Assembly: GCA_963555755.3 (NCBI GenBank) | Contig: OY820905.2 | Span: 1,728,001 to 1,792,000, forward strand | From: Nitrospirales bacterium | GTDB lineage: Bacteria > Nitrospirota > Nitrospiria > Nitrospirales > UBA8639 | Direction: 5' to 3' | Length of the DNA: 64,000 bases | Part shown: positions 18,974 to 28,678 of the stretch, piece by piece | Numbering within the stretch: the stretch's first letter is position 1 | Layout of the letters: every line of letters starts with the position of its first letter | Notes under the pieces: model-generated | The model's database searches: none | What the model saw: only the letters and a program-made list of their open reading frames with translations | Told to the model about the DNA's origin: nothing | Position numbers and translations under genes: made by a program

Positions 18974-20089
18974 TCATGCTCGGCTCTTTTCAAGTTGGCC
19001 GAACCAAGACTTCACGGATTTTTGGTCTAAGGGAACCACGGTCACGGTTCCCACCGCTTTGGGGAGGACGCAGTGAATCCGACCGTGAGCCACTTTTTTA
19101 TCATGGAGCATGGCTCCCCATAAATCACGAAAATTCAATTTTGGTAACCCCAATGGAAGCCCCGTCCGTCTCACAAGGTCCCATTGCCGAGTGACGACCT
19201 GCTCTGAACACAACCCGAGGGAATGTGCAAGGTCAGCCTCATGCACCATCCCAATCCCTACAGCCTCACCATGGATATACGTCTTGTACTTTCCTAACGA
19301 TTCCAAGGCATGGCCAATGGTATGACCATAATTCAAAATTCGACGCAAGCCTGATTCTCTCTCATCCTTAGCCACCACCAACGCTTTAATTTCACAGCAG
19401 CGCTTCACCACGTGGTGCAACACGGTATCGTCCATTTTGACAAGATCATCGATTCGTCTTTCGAGAAAAGCAAAAAAAATTTTGTCGGCAATCATGCCAT
19501 ATTTCACCACTTCGGCGAGTCCTGCTATCCACTCTCGTTTGGGCAGAGTGTGTAAGGTCTGTGTATCCAAAAGAACCAACGAGGGCTGGTAAAAGGCGCC
19601 AATCATATTTTTTCCCAAGGGGTGATTCACTCCGGTTTTTCCACCAACACTGGAATCCACCTGAGCCACCAACGTGGTCGCCACCTGCACAACCGGAATG
19701 CCTCGTAGATACACCGAGGCCACAAACCCCGTGATATCCCCGATCACCCCGCCTCCCAATGCCACCAGTATCGACTGCCGTTCGAAGCGTTGAGCCATCA
19801 ATTGGTCAAGGATGTGCGAGACCCAGCGAAGAGTCTTGGCACGCTCGCCGTCCGGAATGCAGATCATATGGCATTCATACCCTGCTCGCTTCACAGACTG
19901 CGAAACAGTCCGGCCATACAGGCTCTGCACAATCGGATTGGTGATAATGCCGACTTTCCCAGCATAGCCAAGATCTTGCAGGTACTGGCCCAATTGTTTA
20001 AGACCGCCAGGATGAATGATAATGTCGTAGCTCCGATTCCCAAGTCGGACCGGAACGCGTTCATGATTTTTGGTATGAGGCTGAGACAC
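18974..20089 (-). CDS. aroB: 3-dehydroquinate synthase
   Basis: GGGVIGD, DSSVGGKTG, LNYGHTIGHA, HGEAV. Confidence 0.97.
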   Translation of the reverse strand: MSQPHTKNHERVPVRLGNRSYDIIIHPGGLKQLGQYLQDLGYAGKVGIITNPIVQSLYGRTVSQSVKRAGYECHMICIPDGERAKTLRWVSHILDQLMAQRFERQSILVALGGGVIGDITGFVASVYLRGIPVVQVATTLVAQVDSSVGGKTGVNHPLGKNMIGAFYQPSLVLLDTQTLHTLPKREWIAGLAEVVKYGMIADKIFFAFLERRIDDLVKMDDTVLHHVVKRCCEIKALVVAKDERESGLRRILNYGHTIGHALESLGKYKTYIHGEAVGIGMVHEADLAHSLGLCSEQVVTRQWDLVRRTGLPLGLPKLNFRDLWGAMLHDKKVAHGRIHCVLPKAVGTVTVVPLDQKSVKSWFGQLEKSRA

Positions 20090-20129
20090 GAATCTGTACG
20101 CTTTCTTTTCTATCCGCTACCCAAGGAAC

Positions 20130-20248
20130 GGGGCTGTTCAAAAGAGCCTCCAGCAAGGCCGCTGGGACTTTGGCGCGCGGAGCGTACGCCAGTACGTGAG
20201 CACGACAAAGTCCCGAGAACGCCGCTGGTGGCTTTTCTGAACAGCCCC
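20130..20248 (+). mobile_element. MITE family D copy 1
   Basis: TIR GGGGCTGTTCA / TGAACAGCCCC; core CCAGCAAGGCCGC...GAGAACGCCGCTGG; abuts the aroC stop. Confidence 0.82.
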
Positions 20249-21408
20249 TAAAAGGATTTCACATAGGCTTGATACGCATCAAAATTTCGCTTCATCTCTT
20301 CAAGACTGTCACCACCGAATTTTTCCATCATGGCATTGGCTATCTCGTACGCAATGACAGCTTCACCAACGACACCGGCTGCCGGGACGGTGCAAATATC
20401 GGATCGTTCAACCGTAGCTTCGAAAGGTTCTTTCGTGAGAATGTCCACGCTGTGTTTCGGTTTGTATAGTGTCGCAATCGGTTTCATGGCGACACGAATG
20501 ACAATTGGTTGGCCATTGGTAATCCCGCCTTCTAACCCACCCGCATTGTTGGTCTTTCGCAGAAAGCCCGTGCGAGACTCGTTTGGATAGATGTCGTCAT
20601 GGACTTCCGAGCCAAATCGGCGAGCTGATTCAAAACCCATGCCGATTTCTACCCCCTTCATGGCTTGGATGCTCATCGCCGCCATAGCGAGTCTGGCACT
20701 CAATCGACGATCCCATTGGGTGTAACTGCCCAACCCGATTGGCGGATTAGTCACGACCACTTCAAACACCCCACCGAGGGAATCGCCTTTATGTTTGGCT
20801 GAACGAATTTCTTCGATCATTTTTTCTCCAGCCGCTTGATTCCAGCACCGCACTTGTGATTCTTCGGCCTTGGCAAAGGCCAGTAACGGATCATCAGGGG
20901 CTGGAGCCGCTACCCTTCCAATTTCCATGGTATAACTGACAACTTGCATTCCAAATTGGCCCAACAGGGCTTTCCCCACCGCGCCAACCGCAACCCGAAT
21001 GGCAGTCTCGCGAGCGCTGGCTTTTTCAAGCACGTTCCGAATATCACGATGCCCATACTTAATCGCTCCGACGAGATCAGCATGACCGGGACGGGGCCGA
21101 GTCACGACACGTTCTGTCGAGGGAGGCCCTGGCTCAACCGCCATAATGTCTTTCCAATTTTCCCAATCTTTGTTACGAACGATGAGGCCAAGAGGATTGC
21201 CAAGAGTCTTGCCATTTCGCACTCCACAGGAAAATTCAATTTGATCTTTCTCAATACGCATTCGCCCGCCACGACCATACCCCCCTTGCCGCCTCGCGAG
21301 ATCGTGATTCACCTCTTCCGCGGTTAAGGGCAACCCGGCCGGAACACCTTCAAGCACCGCCATGAGGCATTGTCCATGAGACTCACCTGCGTTTAAATAG
21401 CGCAACAT
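20248..21408 (-). CDS. aroC: Chorismate synthase
   Basis: AGESHG, RPGHAD, SARETA, NNAGGLEGGITNG, ERSD. Confidence 0.97.
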   Translation of the reverse strand: MLRYLNAGESHGQCLMAVLEGVPAGLPLTAEEVNHDLARRQGGYGRGGRMRIEKDQIEFSCGVRNGKTLGNPLGLIVRNKDWENWKDIMAVEPGPPSTERVVTRPRPGHADLVGAIKYGHRDIRNVLEKASARETAIRVAVGAVGKALLGQFGMQVVSYTMEIGRVAAPAPDDPLLAFAKAEESQVRCWNQAAGEKMIEEIRSAKHKGDSLGGVFEVVVTNPPIGLGSYTQWDRRLSARLAMAAMSIQAMKGVEIGMGFESARRFGSEVHDDIYPNESRTGFLRKTNNAGGLEGGITNGQPIVIRVAMKPIATLYKPKHSVDILTKEPFEATVERSDICTVPAAGVVGEAVIAYEIANAMMEKFGGDSLEEMKRNFDAYQAYVKSF

Positions 21409-21562
21409 ATCGACACCCTATGTTAACGAAACGAACAAACACCACGTTCTTTCATAAACCGTGAATTGATTAAAATTTTCTTGGATGAAAATTAAATCGA
21501 AGAAGGCATGTCCTCGATAATCATTTGAAAGACGGCACTGCCCATCACACCCAAGCCCACCA

Positions 21563-21901
21563 TCATTCATGGACCTTCCGTGCAGGCAAGGATAAACGCA
21601 CAGTTAATTGATCCCCCATGGCCTTAATCGCATATCGGAGCCCCTTGTCGAGCGGATGGTTAAGATCAAACACAACCCGTAATTTCTTGGGATGTTGACC
21701 AATCCGAATTCGTTTCAGCAGCAGATGATCGACAGGCAATACTTGAAAGCGAATCGCCGAGACAACATTCGGCAGATCAAGACTCAATCGCTGTGAGTCA
21801 ACCGGACTGAGTCGATACGTCAGAGGACCAGTACCTTGAATCACAATGGTAATGTCATCAACTCCCCGTTGAACGACAATTTTTTTAATAGCACGTCTCA
21901 A
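21563..21901 (-). CDS. Stand-alone AMIN domain in pilQ position (possible pilQ remnant)
   Basis: RLSLDLPN...KRIRIGQHPKKLRVVFDL resembles AMIN; no signal peptide, no secretin domain, TTG start. Confidence 0.6.
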   Translation of the reverse strand: MRRAIKKIVVQRGVDDITIVIQGTGPLTYRLSPVDSQRLSLDLPNVVSAIRFQVLPVDHLLLKRIRIGQHPKKLRVVFDLNHPLDKGLRYAIKAMGDQLTVRLSLPARKVHE

Positions 21902-21913
21902 ATATTCTCATTC

Positions 21914-22071
21914 GGGTTCGCACAAAAATAACTTCCTATGTTTGGGTGTTGATGCGCCTGTCTGGCAAGGCGCGAGGACTCCGCATACTCCTCGGTATGG
22001 AAAGGACGAGCAACGCCGCCAGACGGGATGGATCGACGCCCAAACATAGAAAGTTATTCTTGCGCGAACCC
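21914..22071 (+). mobile_element. MITE family B copy 4 (degenerate flanks); supplies the pilP stop codon
   Basis: GGGTTCGC...GCGAACCC; overlaps the last codons of the pilP-like ORF. Confidence 0.87.
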
Positions 22072-22569
22072 TTTGTGAGAAAACACTAACGTCTTTTTTA
22101 ATATGTGATTGTCGTCTTGTGCATCCAACAATCTGGTAAGCACCACCGTATTCCTGGTGATCCGAGTGACTCTTTCAGATGTCTTTTCCAGGACGCTCCC
22201 TGGCCCAACCATGACACGCTCCCCATTCGGCAATTTCAAAAGAGCCTGATACCCTCGTTTTCCAGAAATGATTCCGAGTAGCGTCACTGTGCTCTCAGGG
22301 TTTCCTGAATCCGATAATTCAGTAGCGTCAGACTCGTCTGGGGAACCGGGAAATGGCAAAGGAACAAAAGGATCTCGACGGTTTCCAACGTGATAAGTGT
22401 AGGGTTGACTCACAGCCTGTTCAAAGAGCGATTCTGCCAATTCCAAGACAGGACGAGGCTCCGGCATCTGTGCCGAAACAAATACGGGATCGGCGATTCC
22501 CATTCCGGTTATTCCCAGGGCTAGGGAGGCCGCAAAAAAAATGTTGGGCAAACATGGAATCCGCTCCAT
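22054..22569 (-). CDS. pilP: PilP-like protein
   Basis: YTYHVGNRRDPF, LLGIISG..ALL motif; position after pilO. Confidence 0.75.
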   Translation of the reverse strand: MERIPCLPNIFFAASLALGITGMGIADPVFVSAQMPEPRPVLELAESLFEQAVSQPYTYHVGNRRDPFVPLPFPGSPDESDATELSDSGNPESTVTLLGIISGKRGYQALLKLPNGERVMVGPGSVLEKTSERVTRITRNTVVLTRLLDAQDDNHILKKTLVFSHKGFAQE

Positions 22570-22579
22570 CCTTGTGCCT

Positions 22580-23212
22580 CTAGCCTTTATTGGTTATCCG
22601 TTCATCAATGACAGACATGTGGTTATTGTCGGCAAGGGTTTGGACATTCCTACTATATCCCATCAAATCGATAATGGCCCGAACCATCGGCATTCCGTCA
22701 TCGGTATCATCACCGTGCATCGTGAGTGCCGTCACACCCATCGTCTTGGAAAGATACTGTATATGCTCAAGGAACTGAGCCACATGATGATACCCACCCT
22801 CCACTTGAAGTTGAAGGTACGTGGCGTGGGCCTGACTTGACGACTCGATGTCCCGTTTCTTCGGTTTCCACAATGTTAAAATAATTCCGGTTTCTTGAGC
22901 GATGCTCGACATATCAGAAAGGACCTGACTCATGGGAACATCTAACCCAAGTCGCTCCTCTTGTCGAGACACGATGGACTGCCACTGCAAAAATTCTTTC
23001 TGCGCTTTGCCAAGCTGGTTTTCGGATTGGGTCTCGAGCTTCAACGTATGATCAAGAATTCGCAATTCTCCTACCAATGTATCGATCTCTATCACGAGGG
23101 GATCAGCAATCAACCAATAAAACCCCACCCCAGATATAGCTAGAAAAAGACCAACCAGAGAAACCTTCTGCACAAATGGTGTCACCTCGAACCATTCAAG
23201 AAGACGTGACAT
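22580..23212 (-). CDS. pilO: Type IV pilus inner-membrane protein PilO
   Basis: N-terminal TM, coiled coil, VEGGYHHVAQFL motif; synteny. Confidence 0.82.
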   Translation of the reverse strand: MSRLLEWFEVTPFVQKVSLVGLFLAISGVGFYWLIADPLVIEIDTLVGELRILDHTLKLETQSENQLGKAQKEFLQWQSIVSRQEERLGLDVPMSQVLSDMSSIAQETGIILTLWKPKKRDIESSSQAHATYLQLQVEGGYHHVAQFLEHIQYLSKTMGVTALTMHGDDTDDGMPMVRAIIDLMGYSRNVQTLADNNHMSVIDERITNKG

Positions 23213-23768
23213 GGTTGAACTCTGCTCTCAAAAGAAGGTTCATGGTAAAATTATATTTTGAGGGTTTTCCCGATACTTGTCCTGTTTCAAGAACCGTCAC
23301 CTCTTGAAAGAGCCCATCCCGTTTCAAGTATTGCACGAACTGAACAATTTGGGCTTTGGAGTCGGCAAACCCCATGAGCGTGACTTGGTCCTGTTGCATT
23401 TCCAGTCTGATCAACCAGAGTTTTAAAGGATCCAGGCTACGACTTACCGTGTCCAAGAGTTGAATCGACCGTCGCTGCTGACCCATCAAATGAATGACTT
23501 GTCGACTCCTTTTCCTCAAGTCTGCCGTGTATCGATTGATCTCCTTAAGTTGGCTATACGTACGTTCCCATTCCGCAAGCTGTGTGGTTTTTTGCTCCTT
23601 CTCCTTTTGAAATTGCCCGAGGGATTGGTCCAAATCCGCCCAGACGAATCCGCACACAGCTATCGTACCCAGAACAATCAACAGCACGACGGCGGCTTCG
23701 CCCTGACACCGCCGACGTTGACGGTGTTCATTCTCAAGTGTACAACGAAGAAGATTAATGGCGATCAT
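23196..23768 (-). CDS. pilN: Type IV pilus protein PilN
   Basis: N-terminal INLL motif, TM helix, LWL...LMGFA; synteny. Confidence 0.85.
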   Translation of the reverse strand: MIAINLLRCTLENEHRQRRRCQGEAAVVLLIVLGTIAVCGFVWADLDQSLGQFQKEKEQKTTQLAEWERTYSQLKEINRYTADLRKRSRQVIHLMGQQRRSIQLLDTVSRSLDPLKLWLIRLEMQQDQVTLMGFADSKAQIVQFVQYLKRDGLFQEVTVLETGQVSGKPSKYNFTMNLLLRAEFNHVTSS

Positions 23769-23778
23769 GACAAAGCTC

Positions 23779-24870
23779 TCATCCGTGTTGGGCTCGGAGA
23801 GCCAATCCCCCTGCTACGCCGGAGGAGGGAGCCAAGGGCCGAGCACTCCTTCTCCCTCTACTCCATTCTAAAGATGCAACAGGATCGATGAGAGAAAGAG
23901 GAAGCATGAGCGATTGCCTGAGTTCTTCTAGAAACTGGGAACTGTTCCAACCTCTTCCACCGAGAAACACACATTCAATATCCAGGTCAGGCTGTAATTC
24001 TCGCGCACCTTCCACGGTTCGCTTCAGTTCACTCACGATTTCAAACCAAGACATCTTTTCCGACAGGGAAGAATCCGTCTCTTGAGAAGCTTGGGCCTCA
24101 TGGAACCACTGAGGTTGGCCTAAATTCTCGGACGTACCATCGGCAAAACGTTGATTGGAAAGAGAAGGCACACTCACATCACGCAGGAGGAGTGGTTGCC
24201 CCTGTGCCACCACCACGACATTCATTATGCCACCATCGAGATTGGCAAGGAGGTAAGAGTTGTGGGTTTGAACCTCTGCATTCAGTGAAGCCAAATTGAG
24301 ACATGCGAGGGCCTCGACATCACAAATTACCGGATGCACATTGACTTCTTCCAACACATCCCTTCGCTCGTCAACCGCATCGCGCTTGGCCGCCACCAAA
24401 AGAAGGGCAATCTCTTCGCTGCTGGCGACCTGGGAAACTGATGAACACACAGAAAAATCAAGATACACATCATCGGGATCATAGGGAATATAGTGAGCAC
24501 CCTCCCACCTCAGGTAGGCGTCCAGGTCATGGTGATGACGTGTCGGCACATGAATGCGTTTCACCATTACCGAAGCCCCATTGACCGCCATCGCTACGGA
24601 AGCACCTTTGAGTCTGTATTTGTGAACAAACGCATGCAGAGTTGCAACAAGTGATGATCTATTGGTGATCCTCCCTTGTTCAATGACATTGGGGGCAAGG
24701 GGTTCAGATCCCCACCGACTGACATGATCGCGGCCTCGTCGATGTTGCAACTCAACAAACGTAATGGCATGTGACCCCATATCCAAGCCAATCGTAGAAT
24801 GGGATTTCGACCATGGCCAAAACGTCTGAAGTTTTTGAAAAATTGTTGATGGTCGAACGGTAGGCATCAT
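23779..24870 (-). CDS. pilM: Type IV pilus assembly protein PilM (start uncertain)
   Basis: IGLDMGS, YIPYDPDDVYLDF, LLVAAK, C-terminal GLALR. Confidence 0.85.
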   Translation of the reverse strand: MMPTVRPSTIFQKLQTFWPWSKSHSTIGLDMGSHAITFVELQHRRGRDHVSRWGSEPLAPNVIEQGRITNRSSLVATLHAFVHKYRLKGASVAMAVNGASVMVKRIHVPTRHHHDLDAYLRWEGAHYIPYDPDDVYLDFSVCSSVSQVASSEEIALLLVAAKRDAVDERRDVLEEVNVHPVICDVEALACLNLASLNAEVQTHNSYLLANLDGGIMNVVVVAQGQPLLLRDVSVPSLSNQRFADGTSENLGQPQWFHEAQASQETDSSLSEKMSWFEIVSELKRTVEGARELQPDLDIECVFLGGRGWNSSQFLEELRQSLMLPLSLIDPVASLEWSRGRRSARPLAPSSGVAGGLALRAQHG

Positions 24871-25065
24871 AGAAAAACGGCTCGGCAACGCAACGAAAAA
24901 CTCCCGCCTATTCCAGGAATAACAATGGAACACTGGCGACAGAGGTTACCCCCCCAACCCTACACTGTTGGCCGATTTTCCGTCAAACAACCCATGTGTA
25001 ATACCAACTGTTATGGTCGAAACTCACGGGAATCTTGAAAGAAGCCGAGGAGAGGGACAGAATCG

Positions 25066-25114
25066 ACGTGATGGATCGACAGACAAACAAGGGAAGCTAT
25101 TTTTGCCCGAGCCC
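25066..25114 (+). mobile_element. Degenerate right end of a family B element
   Basis: GATGGATCGAC...CAAACAAGGGAAGCTATTTTTGCCCGAGCCC then TTA. Confidence 0.7.
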
Positions 25115-25357
25115 TTAGGACCTGAGAGAAACTAACTTGGACAATATCGCGCCAAGATTGGGGTCGGATGTGGACGGAACGATTGAGAAAAACCCGAGGC
25201 ATAGCACAGCTATGTTGAGGGTTTATCGATTGAGACCCGTTCAACCTAGAAACGGCGGTTGGGCGCAAAACAGACGTGTAAGATATTGGTGTGCATGGTG
25301 AAATACAAAAAATCGTGGTCACCTCTCTGGTGATGAGACCTTTTTGTATTTTGCGAG

Positions 25358-25640
25358 GTGCCTGTCCGACGATCGTGACGAGGGGGTGCTGGTTTGAGTC
25401 AGATGTTTCGATCCTTTGAGGCGAATAGTGGGACTATTCAACGAAAATGGGGAAGGTTGAAAAAGGCCGTCCAGCAAGGCCGCAGGGCTTTGGGCGCGCG
25501 GAGCGTACACGCAGTACGTGAGCACGCCAAAAGCCCGAGAACGCAGCTGGCGGTCTTTTTCAACCTTCCCCGAAAAGAATCGGAAGATCTGGCCACATCC
25601 AGCACACCCGCAGTAGATCAGTCTAATCTTGGACAGGCTC
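25358..25640 (+). mobile_element. MITE family I copy 2, nested in C4
   Basis: GTGCCTGTCC...CTAATCTTGGACAGGCTC; flanks CGAG / CTAG; interior matches I1. Confidence 0.8.
25448..25570 (+). mobile_element. MITE family D copy 2, nested in I2
   Basis: GGGAAGGTTGAAAAAG / CTTTTTCAACCTTCCC; CGAAAA duplicated; I1 has a single CGAAAA at this site. Confidence 0.85.
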
Positions 25641-25755
25641 CTAGGTTGCGCCAAGAGCTTGCGCGGACTTTTGTGATCCAACTGCCGTTTCTAGGTTCAA
25701 AGCTGGCCCGAAGATTGGATGCGAGATGTCCAAGTTAGTTTCTCTCAGGTCCTTA

Positions 25756-25936
25756 GGGTTCGCGAAACAATAACCTCCCAGAATTCGCGCCCAGGTTTGG
25801 GTCAGGTTGGGCCGATCTGAGTGAGCAAAACCGCAGGCGTATCCAAGGCCTACGCTGAGGATTTTGCGAGTGAAGATCGGCCCAAGATGGCCTAAAGGTG
25901 GGATGCGAAAATGGGAAGTTATTGTTGCGCGAGCCC
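25756..25936 (+). mobile_element. Chimeric MITE: B-type TIRs with F-like interior
   Basis: GGGTTCGCGAAACAATAAC / GTTATTGTTGCGCGAGCCC; TTA both sides; inner arms TCGCGCC...GGATGCGA as in F. Confidence 0.8.
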
Positions 25937-25939
25937 TTA

Positions 25940-26118
25940 GGACCTGAAAGAAAATAACTTGGACAAAATCGCGCCAAGATTTGGGTCGGATTTGGACGGA
26001 ACGATTGAGGAAAATCCGAGACATAGCACAGCTATGTTGAGGCTTTTTCGATTGAGGCGCGTTCAAAGGAGGCCCGAAGATTGGATGCGAGATGTCCAAG
26101 TTAGTTTCTCTCAGGTCC
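25940..26118 (+). mobile_element. MITE family F copy 2 (intact, 179 bp)
   Basis: TIRs as F1; right TTA is the rapZ stop codon. Confidence 0.9.
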
Positions 26119-27003
26119 TTAAGTTCGATGGATGTCACGGTGACGAACAGGGACATCATGCCCAAGCGATAAAAACACCTGTTGCAGTCGAAGGGCCACC
26201 GCAACGGATCGATGACGGCCCCCTGTACAGCCAATAGCCACCGTTAAATAACTTCGCCGTTCCTGTTCAAACAGCGGAAAAAGAAATACGAAGAGTCGTT
26301 GTAAGTGCTGCACGAAACCTTCGGCCTCCGACATTTCAAACACATAGCGTTGGACCTCTTCCTGTTCCCCGGTCAATGTCTTCAACTCCGGAACGAAATT
26401 CGGATTGTGAAGAAAACGGACATCAAACACTAAATCAGCATCATAGGGCACACCGAATTTGTACCCAAACGTCAGGAGAGAGATTCGCATCGATTGCCTG
26501 TGATCCACATCGCCAAAATGCCGTGCCATCCAATCACGCAGTTCATGCACCGTCATTGCGGACGTATCCAGCACTCGATCGGCACCGGCTCGCAGTTCTT
26601 GTATCTGTTGTCGCTCTAATTGAATTCCCTCGACCACCGGCTGCTGAGGGAGAAGAGGGTGAGGCCTGCGGGATTCGGAAAATCGACGGGTCAGCACCTC
26701 ATCACTGGCTTCCAGAAAGAGGAGTTCTACGGAATAGGTGCTTTTTTTTAAGCGGGAAAGATTGTCAAAAAAGTCGGCAAAAAATCCACGTTCACGAATA
26801 TCAATGCCCAAGGCAACATCTCGAACGTCTCCACTCCGTTGGGCACAGAGTTCGGCAAATTTTGGAAACAAGGCTGGCGGAAGGTTATCCACACAAAAAA
26901 AACCAAGGTCCTCCAAGCATTTCAACGCCTGGGTTTTCCCAGATCCCGAAGCTCCACTGACTATGACAAGCTGAAATGACTTATCTGAACTGTTTGACTC
27001 CAC
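26119..27003 (-). CDS. rapZ: RNase adapter / P-loop protein RapZ (YvcJ family)
   Basis: GASGSGKT, CVDNLP, RRPHPL, FGYKFG, DVRFL, IGCTGGRHRSV; GTG start with GGAGG. Confidence 0.95.
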   Translation of the reverse strand: MESNSSDKSFQLVIVSGASGSGKTQALKCLEDLGFFCVDNLPPALFPKFAELCAQRSGDVRDVALGIDIRERGFFADFFDNLSRLKKSTYSVELLFLEASDEVLTRRFSESRRPHPLLPQQPVVEGIQLERQQIQELRAGADRVLDTSAMTVHELRDWMARHFGDVDHRQSMRISLLTFGYKFGVPYDADLVFDVRFLHNPNFVPELKTLTGEQEEVQRYVFEMSEAEGFVQHLQRLFVFLFPLFEQERRSYLTVAIGCTGGRHRSVAVALRLQQVFLSLGHDVPVRHRDIHRT

Positions 27004-27144
27004 ATTTCCTCCCTACGGCATCAAAAATCAATGGCCAATGTTCGTTAAGGCAGTCAGGGATGAAGAGTTGGTGATCGTAGCTACTCAGGAAGACACATGG
27101 ATCATACATAATCCCAAGACGCGAGGCCCCACTCCACCTGGAAG

Positions 27145-28647
27145 CTATGAATGAATACGTTTACGTTGACTGGCAGGGGCAATATGAAGCTCGGCTCGAT
27201 ATTTCGCAACGGTCCGTCGGGCAATCACGATACCACGGTATTTCAATCGGGCCACGATTTCTTGATCCTTGAGTGGTTTGCTCCCACTTTCATGAGCCAC
27301 CATTTCTCGAATGATTTCCCGAACGGTAAGAGAGGATAAATCTTCCGCCCCCGGATCTGAACGTTGAATGCCGGCGTTAAAGAAGAACTTTAATTCTAAC
27401 ATCCCTTGCGGGCAGTACATGTACTTATTCGTCGTCACTCGACTGATCGTGGATTCATGCATGCCGACATCTTCAGCCACATGCTTGAGCACCAAAGGCT
27501 TCAAATACTGAATGCCTTTGTCGAGAAACGATTCCTGAAAATGAATCAGGCTATGGACGACCTTTAAGATGGTTTTATTCCGTTGATCGAGACTGCGAAT
27601 AATCCATTGGGCTCCACGGAGTTTATCGTCGAGATATTCTTTGGTGGAGGCTGCCCCGTCACCGCCGCCCCCCATCATTTCCTTGTAATAGGGGCTGATC
27701 CGTACCCGAGGCAAACCATCTTCGTTTAGCAGGACGACCCATTCGCCTTCGTCTTTAAACACGAACACATCGGGGATAATGATTTGATTAGTATCTATAA
27801 AATAGGGTCGGCCAGGCTTGGGCTCTAACCCTGCAATGATATGGACCGCTGCATACACTTCATCGAGAGACACCCCGACTTCCTTGGCGATATTTTGATA
27901 TCGTTTTTTCTGGAGGTCCGGCAAATGATTGGCAACGATGGTTTTGAGCAACGAGTCAGGCCCCGCACCATTTTCTCCATGGTGACTATGCACCAACCCA
28001 TAATGAAGATGTCGTAGCTGTATATTTAAACATTCCTGTAGATCGCGCGCGCCAACCCCTGGGGGGTCAAACGTGTGAATCAGATCCAACGCATTCTCCA
28101 CTTGATGAAGCGAGACCTGAGCACCCTCAGCAATTTCTTCAAGAGAAGTCCGGATATAGCCATCTTCATCGATATTGCCGATTAAGATGGTACCGATCGC
28201 TTGCTCCGTTTCATTCACTGAGGATAAGCGCAATTGCCATAACAAATGATCTTCAAGAGAAGTGGGTTTTGTCAGGGTCTGTTCATAGGAAGGGAAATCT
28301 TCGTCTACAGTTGATGACGAAGTAGACGCTCCACCAGCCCGCCAATCGCTTTCATAATAATTATCCCATTCTTCTGAGGAAAGTGATTCTGAAAATTCTG
28401 TCTGCTCAACCTCACCACTGGATTCTCCATCGGCTGAAACAGTTTCTTTCCCTTCGGTCGGACTATCCGTCCCCTCTTCTTCCTCAACCTCACTCTCACC
28501 TTCTTCGAGTAACGGGTTCTCTATGAGATGCTGAGAAAGCGTTTGCTGAAGCTCAAGTCTTGATAATTGAAGAAGCTTAATCGCTTGCTGAAGTTGGGGA
28601 GTCATCACCAACTTCTGAGTCAGCTTCAACTCTAGTCGTAATTCCAT
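27145..28647 (-). CDS. rpoN: RNA polymerase sigma-54 factor
   Basis: MTPQLQQAIKLLQL, HESTISR, RpoN box ARRTVAKYR. Confidence 0.98.
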   Translation of the reverse strand: MELRLELKLTQKLVMTPQLQQAIKLLQLSRLELQQTLSQHLIENPLLEEGESEVEEEEGTDSPTEGKETVSADGESSGEVEQTEFSESLSSEEWDNYYESDWRAGGASTSSSTVDEDFPSYEQTLTKPTSLEDHLLWQLRLSSVNETEQAIGTILIGNIDEDGYIRTSLEEIAEGAQVSLHQVENALDLIHTFDPPGVGARDLQECLNIQLRHLHYGLVHSHHGENGAGPDSLLKTIVANHLPDLQKKRYQNIAKEVGVSLDEVYAAVHIIAGLEPKPGRPYFIDTNQIIIPDVFVFKDEGEWVVLLNEDGLPRVRISPYYKEMMGGGGDGAASTKEYLDDKLRGAQWIIRSLDQRNKTILKVVHSLIHFQESFLDKGIQYLKPLVLKHVAEDVGMHESTISRVTTNKYMYCPQGMLELKFFFNAGIQRSDPGAEDLSSLTVREIIREMVAHESGSKPLKDQEIVARLKYRGIVIARRTVAKYRAELHIAPASQRKRIHS

Positions 28648-28678
28648 GCACTCACTCCCAAACCCTAACGAAAAGACA

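Larger units (their letters stand above)
25244..25696 (+). mobile_element. MITE family C copy 4, nested in F1
   Basis: TCA-ACCTAGAAAC...GTTTCTAGGT-TCA; empty site GTTCAAAG seen in F0 and F2. Confidence 0.9.
25118..25752 (+). mobile_element. MITE family F copy 1 (hosts C4>I2>D2)
   Basis: TIR GGACCTGAGAGAAACTAACTTGGACA / TGTCCAAGTTAGTTTCTCTCAGGTCC; TTA both sides; 179 bp after removing C4 plus one TCA, same length as F2. Confidence 0.9.

Noticed and set aside
21899..22075. Ancestral PilP-AMIN fusion split by the MITE
   Set aside because: Removing the element leaves the two in frame but with a TGA at the junction, and the flanks are too degenerate to reconstruct
25011..26237. Several 70-200 aa ORFs in the ORF track (also 1441-2127, 3468-3966, 5051-6289, 11111-11562)
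   Set aside because: They are translations of palindromic MITE/REP DNA; the same peptides recur at each copy and none resembles a transposase
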